IMG/VR virus record: IMGVR_UViG_3300028840_005170
Span: 1 to 45,323 of that record
Source of the DNA: a virus
Taxonomy: Duplodnaviria; Caudoviricetes
Length of the DNA: 45,323 bases
Strand: one strand, 5' to 3'
Shown here: piece after piece, positions 9,464-18,667 of the stretch
How positions within the stretch are numbered: the stretch's first letter is position 1
Layout: every line of letters begins with the position of its first letter
Program-made: the position numbers and the translations under genes
The notes under the pieces: generated by a model
The model's database searches: none
What the model was told of the DNA's origin: nothing
Seen by the model: only the letters and a program-made list of their open reading frames with translations

Positions 9464-9976
9464 CTATTCGCTGTCGTCGTCAGGAAGCGTGCCCGTTTCC
9501 CAATCGCTATCCTCGCTCTTGGATGCGAACTCGAAGGGAATGCCGTCTCGCTCGACATTTGTCACATCGAAGCTCGTGTCCTCGCAGGTGCAATGGCGAA
9601 AGTGAATGTAGTTCGCCGTCCAACCTGGCACACCCGTGTCCCATTGCCGATAGAGGATAACGGTGTAGCAGCCCGGATAATTGTTACCTGTATTCCCGCG
9701 AAGCTTGTCCTTGAGTAGAGCAAGGAAGGCAAGGCACGCTGTCTCGGACCGTGAACCGTCGTAGCCAGTAATGCGACCGGCTAGAATGGTGGTGATGGCC
9801 TTCTCGGAGCGACCTGTTAGCACCGCGCCGTCTCGCAACGGAATCTTATGGTCGTTGAAATCCTGGGCACCAAGGCCATTGATGGTCGGAGCCTCGATAA
9901 CGCACCGCGAATCATCCAGCGTGAGAATCACGTTATCACACTGGATTGCGGGATACCATCGCCACTCGTTCGCCAT
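9464..9976 (-). CDS. Distal tail (Dit-like) protein
   Basis: Directly after the tape measure; HKIPLRDGAV...ITTILAGRI pattern. Confidence 0.6.
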   Translation of the reverse strand: MANEWRWYPAIQCDNVILTLDDSRCVIEAPTINGLGAQDFNDHKIPLRDGAVLTGRSEKAITTILAGRITGYDGSRSETACLAFLALLKDKLRGNTGNNYPGCYTVILYRQWDTGVPGWTANYIHFRHCTCEDTSFDVTNVERDGIPFEFASKSEDSDWETGTLPDDDSE

Positions 9977-9977
9977 C

Positions 9978-12575
9978 TTAGGTAGCTCCTACCACACGAG
10001 CCTTGGTCTCCATGCGAGACCGAATCTGGTCTGTCAGTGTTCGCACATCGGTATTCGGGTCGAGCTTGTCGATGTTGAAGTTCGCATTGATGGTAACGCC
10101 GCCACCTGCTCCAGGCTCGGCAACCACGTTGCTGCGTCGTCCCGGTCCCGTGGCCGCAGGAGCCGGAGCAGACATCTGCGGTGCTCGCTCGGACCGCCAA
10201 GATGTACTCGGGCCTTCTTGCCCCATCGTCGGCTTCGGGCCCCGAACCCCAAACACCCGTTTCAGGAAGCCCCAAACTCGCCGCACAATCTTGATGAGTT
10301 TTCGGAAGGGCCACGAAATGAAATCCCAGATGCCCTTGCCGATTTTCTTGAAGAACCCCACCGATTTCCAGAAGGCCTTGACAATCCAATCCCAGACACC
10401 GATGGCCGTGTCCTTGATGCCATTCCAGACCTTCACGAAGAAGTTCCAGATAAACATCGCCCCCTTAACCATCGCTTGCCACGCCCCCACTACCGTGTCC
10501 TTCATAAAGTTCCACGTGGCCACGAAGGCGGTCTTGATGCCCTCCCAGATGGCAGTGTAGACCTCAACCCAGAACATGAAGTAAGCCTTGATGCCTTCCC
10601 AAATCTGAACGAACACCCACTTCATGGCATACCAGATGGCGAGCACCGTGGCCTTGATTCCAATCCACAAATACTCGAAGGCCTTTGCCCAGATTTTGAA
10701 GTAGAGCTTGACGCCTTCCCAATACTTGCGGACAATCCAGGTGATGGCCGACCACACCGCCTCAAACACTGCCTTGATGCCTTCCCACAATGCCGTAAAG
10801 TAGGGACCGATTTTGTCCCAGTGCATTATGATTAGGGCAACGGCTGCGGTGATGGCGATGGCGATGGCTCCGATGGGATTCAGAGCGATGGCAGCGTTGA
10901 ACGCAAGCACCGCTACCTTGACCGCGATGAACGCTGCTTTCAACACCATGAATACCTTGACCGCAGCGAGGACAATTCCAATGGCAGCCATCGTTCGCAC
11001 ACCGAACTCCGAGAACACGACCTTGAAGATGGCCATGATAGCGTCGAACACGCCCTTCGTCACCGCCTTGATGGATTCCCAGTTGTTGACGATAGTGTCC
11101 TTGATGGCGAGCACCATCCCGCCAACGACCTTGGAAATATTCGTCCACGCAAGAATCGCCACGTCGCGAACCGAATTCCACACATAGGTCGCGGTCTGCA
11201 GGATGGTCGGCCATGCAGCCTGCACCCAAGCGATGACTTGCTGGCCGATGGCGATGACTTGCATAAACACGGGCTTGCCGACGTTCTGCCAGATGGCCTG
11301 CATTGCCGACCATGCCCAATCGGTGGCTGCGGTGATGGCTTTCCAGTTCGCGGTGATGCGTTCCTTCGCCCAATCGAAAAGCCCGATGAGGCGAGCCTCG
11401 CCCGCTCGGCGAATTTGGGCAAACTTGAAGGAGGTCGTGGCTGCGATTTTTCCGAAGGCCTTCTCAGTAGAGCCGGCAGAGCCGCGAATCTGCTTTAGGA
11501 TATCGTCGAGCTTGCCGACCCCGCCCGAGGTCAGAGCAGCCACCGCACCGAGTGCTCGCACATTCGGCACCAGCTTGGCGAGCATGGAGATGTTGTCGTT
11601 CCCGTTCTCGACCATCTGGTCGTATTGCATCCGCAACAGGTTCAAGCGGTTCTTGGCAGCGGCTGCCACGGGCCCGCCTCGCTTCTGTGCCTTGTAGTAA
11701 GCCATGGTGGCATTCTGTACCTCGGCGAGCTTGCCGACCAATTGTTTGTCGAATGCCGTGCCCGACTGCCCGACCTTCTTGATGAGGTCGCCCATGGCTC
11801 CAGCCAAGCCGCGAGTACGCAGAGTGGCTGCGGAGAGGTTGAATCCTATTGAGGCCGCTGCGTCTTTGGCATCCTGTGTAGGGCGAATGAAGGCGAGCAT
11901 CGTAGCCCGCAGCCCCGTGGTGGCTTTCCGTGCTTCCAGACCCGACAAGGTCAGGCGAGCTGTCGCAGCCGCGACTTCCTCGAAGGAGATTCCCGCAGTG
12001 GCTGCGATGGGAGCAACCTTACCAATCTGACCCGCGAACTCGTTCAGGCGAATCTTACCGAGCCGCACCGTCTCAAACATCACGTCGGAAATCTGTGTTG
12101 AATCACCAGCAGCCCGCCCATACGAGTTGAGCACCGTGGTGATAGCATCGACCGCGGTCTCGGTATCCGACATACCAGCCACGCCGAGTTTCGACGCAGC
12201 CTTCATTACCGTCATGGCATCGTTTGCATCGGTGATGCCTGCCGAGAGCGTCTGGTAGTAGGCACGCGCTTGCCCCGTGGCCTTCTGGCCCGTGGCAATG
12301 GATAGAGCAATCACCTCCTTCCGCATCCGCGCCATGGTCTCGGCGGAATCGTTGGAAATGGTGGTGACTTCAGCCCACGCCTTCTCGTAAGCGGCACCCG
12401 CTCGATACGCAGCCACCCCAAGGCCCACGAGAGCGGCGGTCCCGATAACCACCGCTCTCCTGACTTGCTTCATGGCCGAGCGAGTAATCTTACCCAGCCG
12501 GCCGACTACCCGGTTGAATGGTCGCGTGTTCGCCTTGAATACCGCGGTCAAGCCCGCGGTCATGGAGGTCGCCAT
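9978..12575 (-). CDS. Tail tape measure protein (TP901-like)
   Basis: ~865 aa, Ala-rich; YQTLSAG, SDVMFETVRLGK, GLRA; periodic Trp/Phe repeats in the C-half. Confidence 0.95.
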   Translation of the reverse strand: MATSMTAGLTAVFKANTRPFNRVVGRLGKITRSAMKQVRRAVVIGTAALVGLGVAAYRAGAAYEKAWAEVTTISNDSAETMARMRKEVIALSIATGQKATGQARAYYQTLSAGITDANDAMTVMKAASKLGVAGMSDTETAVDAITTVLNSYGRAAGDSTQISDVMFETVRLGKIRLNEFAGQIGKVAPIAATAGISFEEVAAATARLTLSGLEARKATTGLRATMLAFIRPTQDAKDAAASIGFNLSAATLRTRGLAGAMGDLIKKVGQSGTAFDKQLVGKLAEVQNATMAYYKAQKRGGPVAAAAKNRLNLLRMQYDQMVENGNDNISMLAKLVPNVRALGAVAALTSGGVGKLDDILKQIRGSAGSTEKAFGKIAATTSFKFAQIRRAGEARLIGLFDWAKERITANWKAITAATDWAWSAMQAIWQNVGKPVFMQVIAIGQQVIAWVQAAWPTILQTATYVWNSVRDVAILAWTNISKVVGGMVLAIKDTIVNNWESIKAVTKGVFDAIMAIFKVVFSEFGVRTMAAIGIVLAAVKVFMVLKAAFIAVKVAVLAFNAAIALNPIGAIAIAITAAVALIIMHWDKIGPYFTALWEGIKAVFEAVWSAITWIVRKYWEGVKLYFKIWAKAFEYLWIGIKATVLAIWYAMKWVFVQIWEGIKAYFMFWVEVYTAIWEGIKTAFVATWNFMKDTVVGAWQAMVKGAMFIWNFFVKVWNGIKDTAIGVWDWIVKAFWKSVGFFKKIGKGIWDFISWPFRKLIKIVRRVWGFLKRVFGVRGPKPTMGQEGPSTSWRSERAPQMSAPAPAATGPGRRSNVVAEPGAGGGVTINANFNIDKLDPNTDVRTLTDQIRSRMETKARVVGAT

Positions 12576-12784
12576 CACCGTCTCCTACGAGGGATGCGTG
12601 GCATCCTACCTCGCTTGTCAAACTTCCCAGCTTCCTCGTCTTGGCGTAGCTCCTCATAGGCTAGCAGAGCTAGTTGGTCGTGGCGTGTGAGCCGACGGAA
12701 TGTTCTCGGCATCACGCGAAACCGCTCGCACGCTCGGTACACGTAGTACTCTAGCGTTCGCTCTCGGCTAACCGACCCGAGAAA
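12575..12784 (-). CDS. Tail assembly chaperone C-terminal extension (gpGT-like), apparently reached by a +1 frameshift
   Basis: Open +1 frame FLGSVSRERTLEYYVYRACERFRVMPRTFRRLTRHDQLALLAYEELRQDEE...; it fills the gap and ends at TGATG overlapping the tape measure start. Confidence 0.65.
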   Translation of the reverse strand, partial: FLGSVSRERTLEYYVYRACERFRVMPRTFRRLTRHDQLALLAYEELRQDEEAGKFDKRGRMPRIPRRRR

Positions 12785-13268
12785 AGCGAGCGGCCTTCAT
12801 GGCCTCGACCTCCTCCTCTGTCACACCCGTGAGTTCGGGGACGGCATTCGAGAGTGCCCGGAAATCGGGGGCGGTCATCTGGAACGCATCGAACTCGCTC
12901 TTGATTCCCTCGGCGAATGCTCGGGCATTCTCCTTGGAAATCCCGCCCTCGGGCTCCAGCGTCGAGAACTGCACCGAAGGGTCGTCTCGCATGGCCCGCC
13001 AGAGCAAGACCATCACGCGCAGTAGCTCGACCGCATCGCCTTCGGGATTGCTCTCCGCATACAGCGGACAGGGCTTCCCGTTCTCGTCGCGAACGAACTT
13101 GCCCTTTTCCCGCATAAACCCAACCACCTTCGGGGCGGGCACCGGGAGCCAACTCTCGACATCGTTCACGAAGCCGTAGGGCAAAGCGTGCATCGTTACC
13201 TGCACGCCATTGTCCAGCTCGACCTCGACTACCTTCGCCTCTGATGCCTCTCGGTCTCCAATACGCAT
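12768..13268 (-). CDS. Tail assembly chaperone (gpG-like)
   Basis: Between major tail and tape measure genes; SD GAGGAAAGGAG. Confidence 0.75.
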   Translation of the reverse strand: MRIGDREASEAKVVEVELDNGVQVTMHALPYGFVNDVESWLPVPAPKVVGFMREKGKFVRDENGKPCPLYAESNPEGDAVELLRVMVLLWRAMRDDPSVQFSTLEPEGGISKENARAFAEGIKSEFDAFQMTAPDFRALSNAVPELTGVTEEEVEAMKAARFSRVG

Positions 13269-13287
13269 CTCGGTCTCCTTTCCTCAA

Positions 13288-13770
13288 CTACGAGGTATGC
13301 GAGGGAGTCAGCCCACCGTAGGCTTTCCCCGACACCGACAAGGTGTCGTATTCCTCACCCTCTGAGAACTCCAGCGTGTCGACGGCGAACTTCGCGAACG
13401 CGAGAAGCTCGTTCGTGCCGTCGGGGTCCGAAATCAGGAAATCGAGGTCGGTGGTGTAGACGTCACCGCCATCGGTATTCGTCGTGGTCCACCCACTCGC
13501 ATTCCCTTCCTGCTTGAGCCCGTCGCGAACGGAAGGGTCCCCGCCGCCACGACCTTGGTACCGAGTGAACTTGCACGTGAAGCTCATTTCGATAGCATTC
13601 TCATCGCCGAGGCGAAGATGGTCGTGAGCACCGCGGTCCTTGATTTCTCGCGGCGTGGTATCCACCGTGAACGACAAGTCGCCCTCGTCGAGAGCAACGA
13701 CGATGGTCGCCGCTGCTCCATCCTTGATGGTCAGCTGGCCATCCCGCAGATTCTTGGTCACCTCTGGCAT
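13288..13770 (-). CDS. Major tail (tube) protein
   Basis: 160 aa, beta-rich and acidic (LSFTVD, EMSFTCKF, LEFSEG..LSVSG); SD GGAGG; expected position. Confidence 0.8.
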   Translation of the reverse strand: MPEVTKNLRDGQLTIKDGAAATIVVALDEGDLSFTVDTTPREIKDRGAHDHLRLGDENAIEMSFTCKFTRYQGRGGGDPSVRDGLKQEGNASGWTTTNTDGGDVYTTDLDFLISDPDGTNELLAFAKFAVDTLEFSEGEEYDTLSVSGKAYGGLTPSHTS

Positions 13771-13781
13771 CGGTCGACCTC

Positions 13782-14234
13782 CTATACTTGCACTTTTCCT
13801 GTGACCTCCACCATCCAATGGTGGCTACCTTCCTCAACTCCGAGGTAGGTAAGATTCGCCTCATCGAGCCGCAGGTATCCTACGAGAGTGGATGTGCTAT
13901 CGAGGAGATTTATCGTCACCTGATGCAACACCGCTCGCAGACTCTCCGCTCGTTTATCGTCGGTAATCCAATCGCGCGTTACCGCTCCTACGCCCGTCGG
14001 CTCCTGCTTGAACAGGTCAACCTGCACGAGTGGATGGCTCCAGCGTTCACTGCTCCGCGCAGGTACGCCGGCATCCTCGATGAGCTTCGGGCGACACCAC
14101 AGAGTTCGCTCGCCCGTCTCCAGCTCGGGCGGCACGAAATCCACGCTCTCCGCGGTACACCAAGCAGCCACCACGCCGTAGACGGCTCGCTTCAGGAGCA
14201 CCAACCAGTCGTCGCTATCCCACGTCTCGGGCAT
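13782..14234 (-). CDS. Tail terminator/completion protein (putative)
   Basis: Position before the tail tube gene; LVQVDLF motif. Confidence 0.55.
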   Translation of the reverse strand: MPETWDSDDWLVLLKRAVYGVVAAWCTAESVDFVPPELETGERTLWCRPKLIEDAGVPARSSERWSHPLVQVDLFKQEPTGVGAVTRDWITDDKRAESLRAVLHQVTINLLDSTSTLVGYLRLDEANLTYLGVEEGSHHWMVEVTGKVQV

Positions 14235-14475
14235 TTACCGGTTTCCCAAGATACTTTCCAAGAACCAGCAGGCGAGCTTCGAGTTCGGTCTTGCCAAAAT
14301 CTTGATACACGCCCGCGGGTGTCACCAACTTGGCTTGCACGCGGTCTTCCCGCAGATTCAGGATTACCCATTTCGCTCCGGGCACCTTCGCCGTCGCCGC
14401 CTGATACATCGGCAAGTCGCAGGCTTCGGGCGAGCACCGCGGACCATCGAAGAGGCGAACCAGCCACTTGAACAT
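14215..14475 (-). CDS. Hypothetical protein, 86 aa
   Basis: TGATG coupling with the upstream gene; fills the gap. Confidence 0.6.
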   Translation of the reverse strand: MFKWLVRLFDGPRCSPEACDLPMYQAATAKVPGAKWVILNLREDRVQAKLVTPAGVYQDFGKTELEARLLVLGKYLGKPVNARDVG

Positions 14476-14918
14476 CAGACTGCCTTTTTCAAGTAAGCCT
14501 CGAACTTCTTGCGGAACTTTACCAACGTCTTGCGAAGCATTCCATCGGGAGCCTTTTGGCTAGAACCGAATTCAAGGAACACCACGTAGTGCACGCCATT
14601 GGTAACACGAATCTCCTTGCCGACTCTACTGAACCGCCAGCTCGCCGATTTCTTACCATCCGCTATCGCAGCGGAGCTAGCGTTCTTCCCGGTCACGGGC
14701 ACTGTAATGCCGCCCGTTTCCAGAAATGCAATCCACGCCGCTCGACACCGACCCGTGTCCACGGGCGTGAGCTTCGCGGTGCCCGCAATTACATCAAAGG
14801 CTACCTTGCGAAGGATATCCCATGTGCGGCCCTCGAATCGCTTGAGGTACTTCGCAAGCACACGGTTGAATCGCATCCCTTGCCATGTCACCGACATCAG
14901 CTGTTTTTTCGTCGGCAT
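14475..14918 (-). CDS. HK97 gp10-like neck/tail completion protein
   Basis: TPVDTGRCRAAW...NGVHYVVFLEFG...APDGML. Confidence 0.85.
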   Translation of the reverse strand: MPTKKQLMSVTWQGMRFNRVLAKYLKRFEGRTWDILRKVAFDVIAGTAKLTPVDTGRCRAAWIAFLETGGITVPVTGKNASSAAIADGKKSASWRFSRVGKEIRVTNGVHYVVFLEFGSSQKAPDGMLRKTLVKFRKKFEAYLKKAV

Positions 14919-15253
14919 AGAATGCGAATCCCGGTATCGAAACCATCGCCATTCGACGAAAGGATTTCCCACTGCACCGAATTGTCGATGAGCAAGTTCT
15001 TCGCCATGTCTTGCACGACGATGGCGTCGACTGAGTGAATCAGGTACACGCTATGGTCCTGCCGAGCGTTCCCGCCCAGCAGAGCAAGTTCGTCTTCGGT
15101 GAAATCTACCTTGACCACGTCGACGGTAACCTCAGCCACCGTCTTTCCCACGGGGCCATCAATCGAAAACGTATGGCCCGTGGCTGCTCGCAGCGTGGCT
15201 TCGTGCGACCAGTATCCGAAGACAATTGCCGCTTGAGCGGTTCGGTCAGGCAT
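14897..15253 (-). CDS. Head closure/head-tail connector (putative)
   Basis: Size, beta-rich pattern and position after the adaptor gene. Confidence 0.55.
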   Translation of the reverse strand: MPDRTAQAAIVFGYWSHEATLRAATGHTFSIDGPVGKTVAEVTVDVVKVDFTEDELALLGGNARQDHSVYLIHSVDAIVVQDMAKNLLIDNSVQWEILSSNGDGFDTGIRILCRRKNS

Positions 15254-15485
15254 CGCTCATGTCCACATCGGTTTGCTCGAAGCCCGGCGTATCCACGGCT
15301 TCCAGCTTGTCCTCCCACATCTTCCGCAACTTCATCAGGGCCTCGACTGACTTCTCCGCGGTAATGGAATGCCCAGCAGAGCCGCCAATTTTGTTGCTCG
15401 GAACCCCAGCGGCTACCAGAGTGTCGAGCTGTGCATCGATGGCCGCGATTTTCACGCGGATTTCAGCCTCGGTGTATTCAGCCAC
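15246..15485 (-). CDS. Head-tail adaptor (gpW-like), 79 aa
   Basis: GTG start with SD GGAGG; helix-hairpin-helix pattern (IAAIDAQLDTL..KIGG..HSIT..EALMKLRKMW); directly after the capsid gene. Confidence 0.6.
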   Translation of the reverse strand: MAEYTEAEIRVKIAAIDAQLDTLVAAGVPSNKIGGSAGHSITAEKSVEALMKLRKMWEDKLEAVDTPGFEQTDVDMSDA

Positions 15486-15511
15486 GGCAGCCTCCAATCG
15501 ACCCCTGGGAG

Positions 15512-15550
15512 AAAACCGGGCGGCGGCGACCGAGAGAGCCAACCGCCCGG
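15512..15550 (-). terminator. Probable intrinsic terminator/attenuator after the major capsid gene
   Basis: CCGGGCGG...CCGCCCGG stem followed by TTTTCT. Confidence 0.6.
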
Positions 15551-15571
15551 AATCTCCCAAGAGCGTGTTGG

Positions 15572-16753
15572 CTAGGCGGCGTTGTTGCGATTCCCGTACC
15601 GCCAATCGATGGCGAACACACCACCGTAGTAGCGGACCTTGAACTTCGCAACCACGTCGCGAATGAATCGGTCGGGGTCTTCAGGCGTCTGCACGGTGAA
15701 GGTCTGGAGCGGCCAGATTTCCTTCCACCGCAGCATCTTCTTGAAGTCGCCGTGCAGCCAGGCATTGGTGATGCCCAGCGACACGTCGATAACCGACGAC
15801 GCGAGAATCCGCGGAGTCCCGCCCAACAGCTGGGCGAGCGGATTGGCTGCCCGCATCTCCGAGGAGCGCGTGCCTGCCGCCGCATTCTCGACGTCCACCA
15901 CCATCTGGGTGCCGACCGCGCGAATCGTCCGCTGCCGCAAGGCGTCGGGAATCACGATGTCGAGCCCCTGGACCATGATGGGGTCGCCCTCCTCATCGGT
16001 TCTCGTGGCGAAAGCCTGCCGCGAGGTCTCGATGGAGGTCCAGTCGGTCATGGGATTGACCAGCAGGTTGCCCTTCTGGCCAGCCCCAGCCGCCTGATAG
16101 AAATTGGCGTCTTGCACGCCCGAGGGGTAGTAGGGCGAGGTCACCGCGTAGGCTGCGGTGAGGATGGTGACCTCCCTCGCGAGCGCGGCTTTCTGGCCGA
16201 TACCCCGGCTGCGTTCGAGGAGCAACCCGGTCTGGTCGAACATCACGGCCTCTTCCGTGATACTGATGATTCGCCCTTTCTTCAGGGCGACATCAGTCGT
16301 CACGTACTTCGGCCCGATGCCCTTGCTTTCCGGATAGGCCTCGCCCTCCAAGACCTCTTCAACGCCTTCCGAAGCCAGGAAGCCCGGAATCTTCTCGTTG
16401 ATGGTCTTGCTCGGGTAGGGAGTGACGAGCTGGTCGCCGATGAGATTCGGCACGTCGTAGGCCGCGATGACCTCCCGACCCAGCAACGTCTGGGTAATGG
16501 CGGCGAACATGGTCGAGTCCATCGGGGCTTCAAGAACCTCGTTGGCCTCTCGCAGAACGGCGCCGTCAGGGGAAGCGAACTGGAGCGTCACACCGACCGG
16601 CCCCATAAACGCTTCCCACAGTTCGCGGACCGAGAAATCCGACGGGTCGAGTCGCGTGGCGTCGTCATCGGAATTGATGGCTTCCATGACCGCTTCGCCA
16701 GCGGGGCCCGAGCCGTGGTTTCTGACCAGCGACTTCAGGGATTGGGTCCTCAC
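15572..16753 (-). CDS. Major capsid protein (Mu gpT-like HK97 fold)
   Basis: EEVLEGEAYP, KKGRIISITEEAVMFDQTG, IVIPDAL, KFKVRYYGG..IDWRY; SD TAGGAGG; biased codon use. Confidence 0.88.
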   Translation of the reverse strand: MRTQSLKSLVRNHGSGPAGEAVMEAINSDDDATRLDPSDFSVRELWEAFMGPVGVTLQFASPDGAVLREANEVLEAPMDSTMFAAITQTLLGREVIAAYDVPNLIGDQLVTPYPSKTINEKIPGFLASEGVEEVLEGEAYPESKGIGPKYVTTDVALKKGRIISITEEAVMFDQTGLLLERSRGIGQKAALAREVTILTAAYAVTSPYYPSGVQDANFYQAAGAGQKGNLLVNPMTDWTSIETSRQAFATRTDEEGDPIMVQGLDIVIPDALRQRTIRAVGTQMVVDVENAAAGTRSSEMRAANPLAQLLGGTPRILASSVIDVSLGITNAWLHGDFKKMLRWKEIWPLQTFTVQTPEDPDRFIRDVVAKFKVRYYGGVFAIDWRYGNRNNAA

Positions 16754-16851
16754 AATGAGGTCCTCCTAAAAAGAGTCCGTCCTTGCTGTCTCCTGTCGCT
16801 TTCTACGCAGCTAGGCTGCGCGGCGAAGCGTTCGGGGTTCGTGGCCGGCGA

Positions 16852-17358
16852 TTAGCTGTCGCCGGAAGCAGCGTCGCTCAGGTCGTCGTACATGATGGAA
16901 GCCTGGTTGGTGACCAGCACCTCCGTCACGTTCGCCGACTGGTAATCCTCGGCGATGCGGAAGATGGCAGCGTCGCCCTGCCCCGCCACGCTGACCAGCG
17001 TCTGCTTTTCCAGCGTGTTGGAGCCCGAGTCGGCCGGGGCCATCATCTCGCCCTGCGTGAACTTGCTCGACGCGACGATGAATCGGAACTGGGCTCCGGG
17101 ACTGGCGTCGACCAGAACGTCCTTGGTCGCCAGGGCTGCGGAGGCCTGCCATGCCACGCCCATGTGGGTGAGCTTGTAGGCCTTCTGGGTGGTGAGCAGA
17201 TTCGTGTCCCACGTGAAACTGCTCGCGGGCTTGATGTAGCGGACGGAAGCCGACGTGTAGCCGTAGACCAAGTCGCCGATTTCGATAACCGTGGCCGACT
17301 CGACCTTGCACTTCACATACAGCTCCGGGCCGCGCACGTGTCTCTTGACGTCACTCAT
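16852..17358 (-). CDS. Capsid decoration/cement protein (putative)
   Basis: Between scaffold and capsid genes; IEIGDLV...GVA pattern; SD GGAGG. Confidence 0.6.
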   Translation of the reverse strand: MSDVKRHVRGPELYVKCKVESATVIEIGDLVYGYTSASVRYIKPASSFTWDTNLLTTQKAYKLTHMGVAWQASAALATKDVLVDASPGAQFRFIVASSKFTQGEMMAPADSGSNTLEKQTLVSVAGQGDAAIFRIAEDYQSANVTEVLVTNQASIMYDDLSDAASGDS

Positions 17359-17434
17359 CGTGAGTGCCTCCAAAATGCGTCAACACGGAATGAGCCATGG
17401 GCTCAACATTCGGCTACCAGGAGCCGATTCGACT

Positions 17435-17911
17435 CTAGCCCTTGACGGCGGCGACGGCATCCTTCGCGGTCGGCTTGCCGTCTTCGCCCGAACCGCCGCC
17501 CGCCGCTTCGCTCGCGTCGTCGCTCTTGGCGACGGGCTTCTCGTTGGCGACGAGCATTCGGTCCTTGCAGGCCTCGACCATGTCTTCCTTACCTTCCATC
17601 GCCATGAGCGATTTGCGGAAGGCCGCGGTGACCAAGCGCGGCGGAATCTTGGACTCGCCGACTGCCTCATCGACCAGCTTGCCGTTCTCCAGCTGCTTGG
17701 TCAGGTCGGCAATCTTCTTGTCCTTGTCGCCGCTCTGGGCTTCCACGAGGTCGGCCTTGAGCTTCTCGACCGTCGCATCCTTGCCGACGGTCTTCTCGAC
17801 TTCCTCACGCACCTCCGTCTCGAGGCTTTCCCGAATCTCCTTCGTGAGTGCCTCGACGACTTCGGGAGCGTTTTCCTTCACGGCTTCAACCGTGACGTCA
17901 TCCCACTCCAT
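17435..17911 (-). CDS. Nested in-frame scaffolding protein (158 aa)
   Basis: Internal TAGGAGGAGATGAC-ATG start at the boundary of the charged helical region (as with lambda C/Nu3 and Mu I/Z). Confidence 0.65.
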   Translation of the reverse strand: MEWDDVTVEAVKENAPEVVEALTKEIRESLETEVREEVEKTVGKDATVEKLKADLVEAQSGDKDKKIADLTKQLENGKLVDEAVGESKIPPRLVTAAFRKSLMAMEGKEDMVEACKDRMLVANEKPVAKSDDASEAAGGGSGEDGKPTAKDAVAAVKG

Positions 17912-18577
17912 GTCATCTCCTCCTACGGAGTCGGCTGCCTCGAAAAGGTTCGCCGTCGTGGCCGACTCAGTCACGACTGCAACGCGCCTGACTTTCTGGA
18001 TGTCCTCTACCACGAGGTCACCCGATTGTCGTGTCTTGGCGTACCGCACCCGGGCTTCGTGTGAAAGCCCCAGAATATGCGGCTGTGTGCGGGCAATGGT
18101 CCGCACCTTCGCGGCGAGCGGGTCGTCTGCGATGAGGTGCATTTCCTTGGCCTTGAGCATGTTCGCGGCTTCGTCAAACCAGACGCCGTGCACACTGCCC
18201 AGCAGGTCCTGCACATCCCGCACCTTGCTCGCATCCTTGGTCGGGTCGTGATTGGCAAAGACGCTGGCCCCTTCGTAGAGGTTCGCTCGCCGCTTCCGCA
18301 CCGCTGCGGGATACCGCCGACCATTCACCGACCGCCCTCCGCAGAGGGCCACATTGCGGAGCACCCAGTCATCGTCCGCGCCGGCTTGAATGCCTTCTTG
18401 CACGGCGAAGAACTGGAGCGTGCCCGCCCGCTTCGTTCCCTTTCCCATGTCAACTTCCTCCTTCGCGTGCTTTCGGGCTCGGTATGCCGCGTAGGCCTTT
18501 TCGCCTGATTCCTTCGTATAGATACACGCACCGTTCCCGATGGCGTACTTTCCGTTACTGCACTTTCTTAGCGGCAT
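17435..18577 (-). CDS. Prohead protease-scaffold protein
   Basis: SVNGRRYP, VFANH, GLSH, VAVVTESAT protease-like motifs followed by a charged coiled-coil tail. Confidence 0.8.
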   Translation of the reverse strand: MPLRKCSNGKYAIGNGACIYTKESGEKAYAAYRARKHAKEEVDMGKGTKRAGTLQFFAVQEGIQAGADDDWVLRNVALCGGRSVNGRRYPAAVRKRRANLYEGASVFANHDPTKDASKVRDVQDLLGSVHGVWFDEAANMLKAKEMHLIADDPLAAKVRTIARTQPHILGLSHEARVRYAKTRQSGDLVVEDIQKVRRVAVVTESATTANLFEAADSVGGDDMEWDDVTVEAVKENAPEVVEALTKEIRESLETEVREEVEKTVGKDATVEKLKADLVEAQSGDKDKKIADLTKQLENGKLVDEAVGESKIPPRLVTAAFRKSLMAMEGKEDMVEACKDRMLVANEKPVAKSDDASEAAGGGSGEDGKPTAKDAVAAVKG

Positions 18578-18665
18578 CGGCTCGCCTCACCTTTACCGGT
18601 CGCGTGCCTCGCTCTCGCGGGATGGGCTCTAGGTCTTCGGCATCGACACTACCAAATCGCCGCAT
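18555..18665 (-). CDS. Possible 36-aa ORF directly after the MuF-ART gene
   Basis: ATG 2 nt after the MuF stop; MRRFGSVDAEDLEPIPRERGTRPVKVRRADAAKKVQ; weak SD. Confidence 0.35.
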   Translation of the reverse strand: MRRFGSVDAEDLEPIPRERGTRPVKVRRADAAKKVQ

Positions 18666-18667
18666 CC

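Noticed and set aside
12751-13287. -1 frame ORF as the tail-chaperone frameshift product
   Set aside because: It stops 17 nt past the chaperone stop and there is no XXXYYYZ heptamer there; the +1 frame fits better
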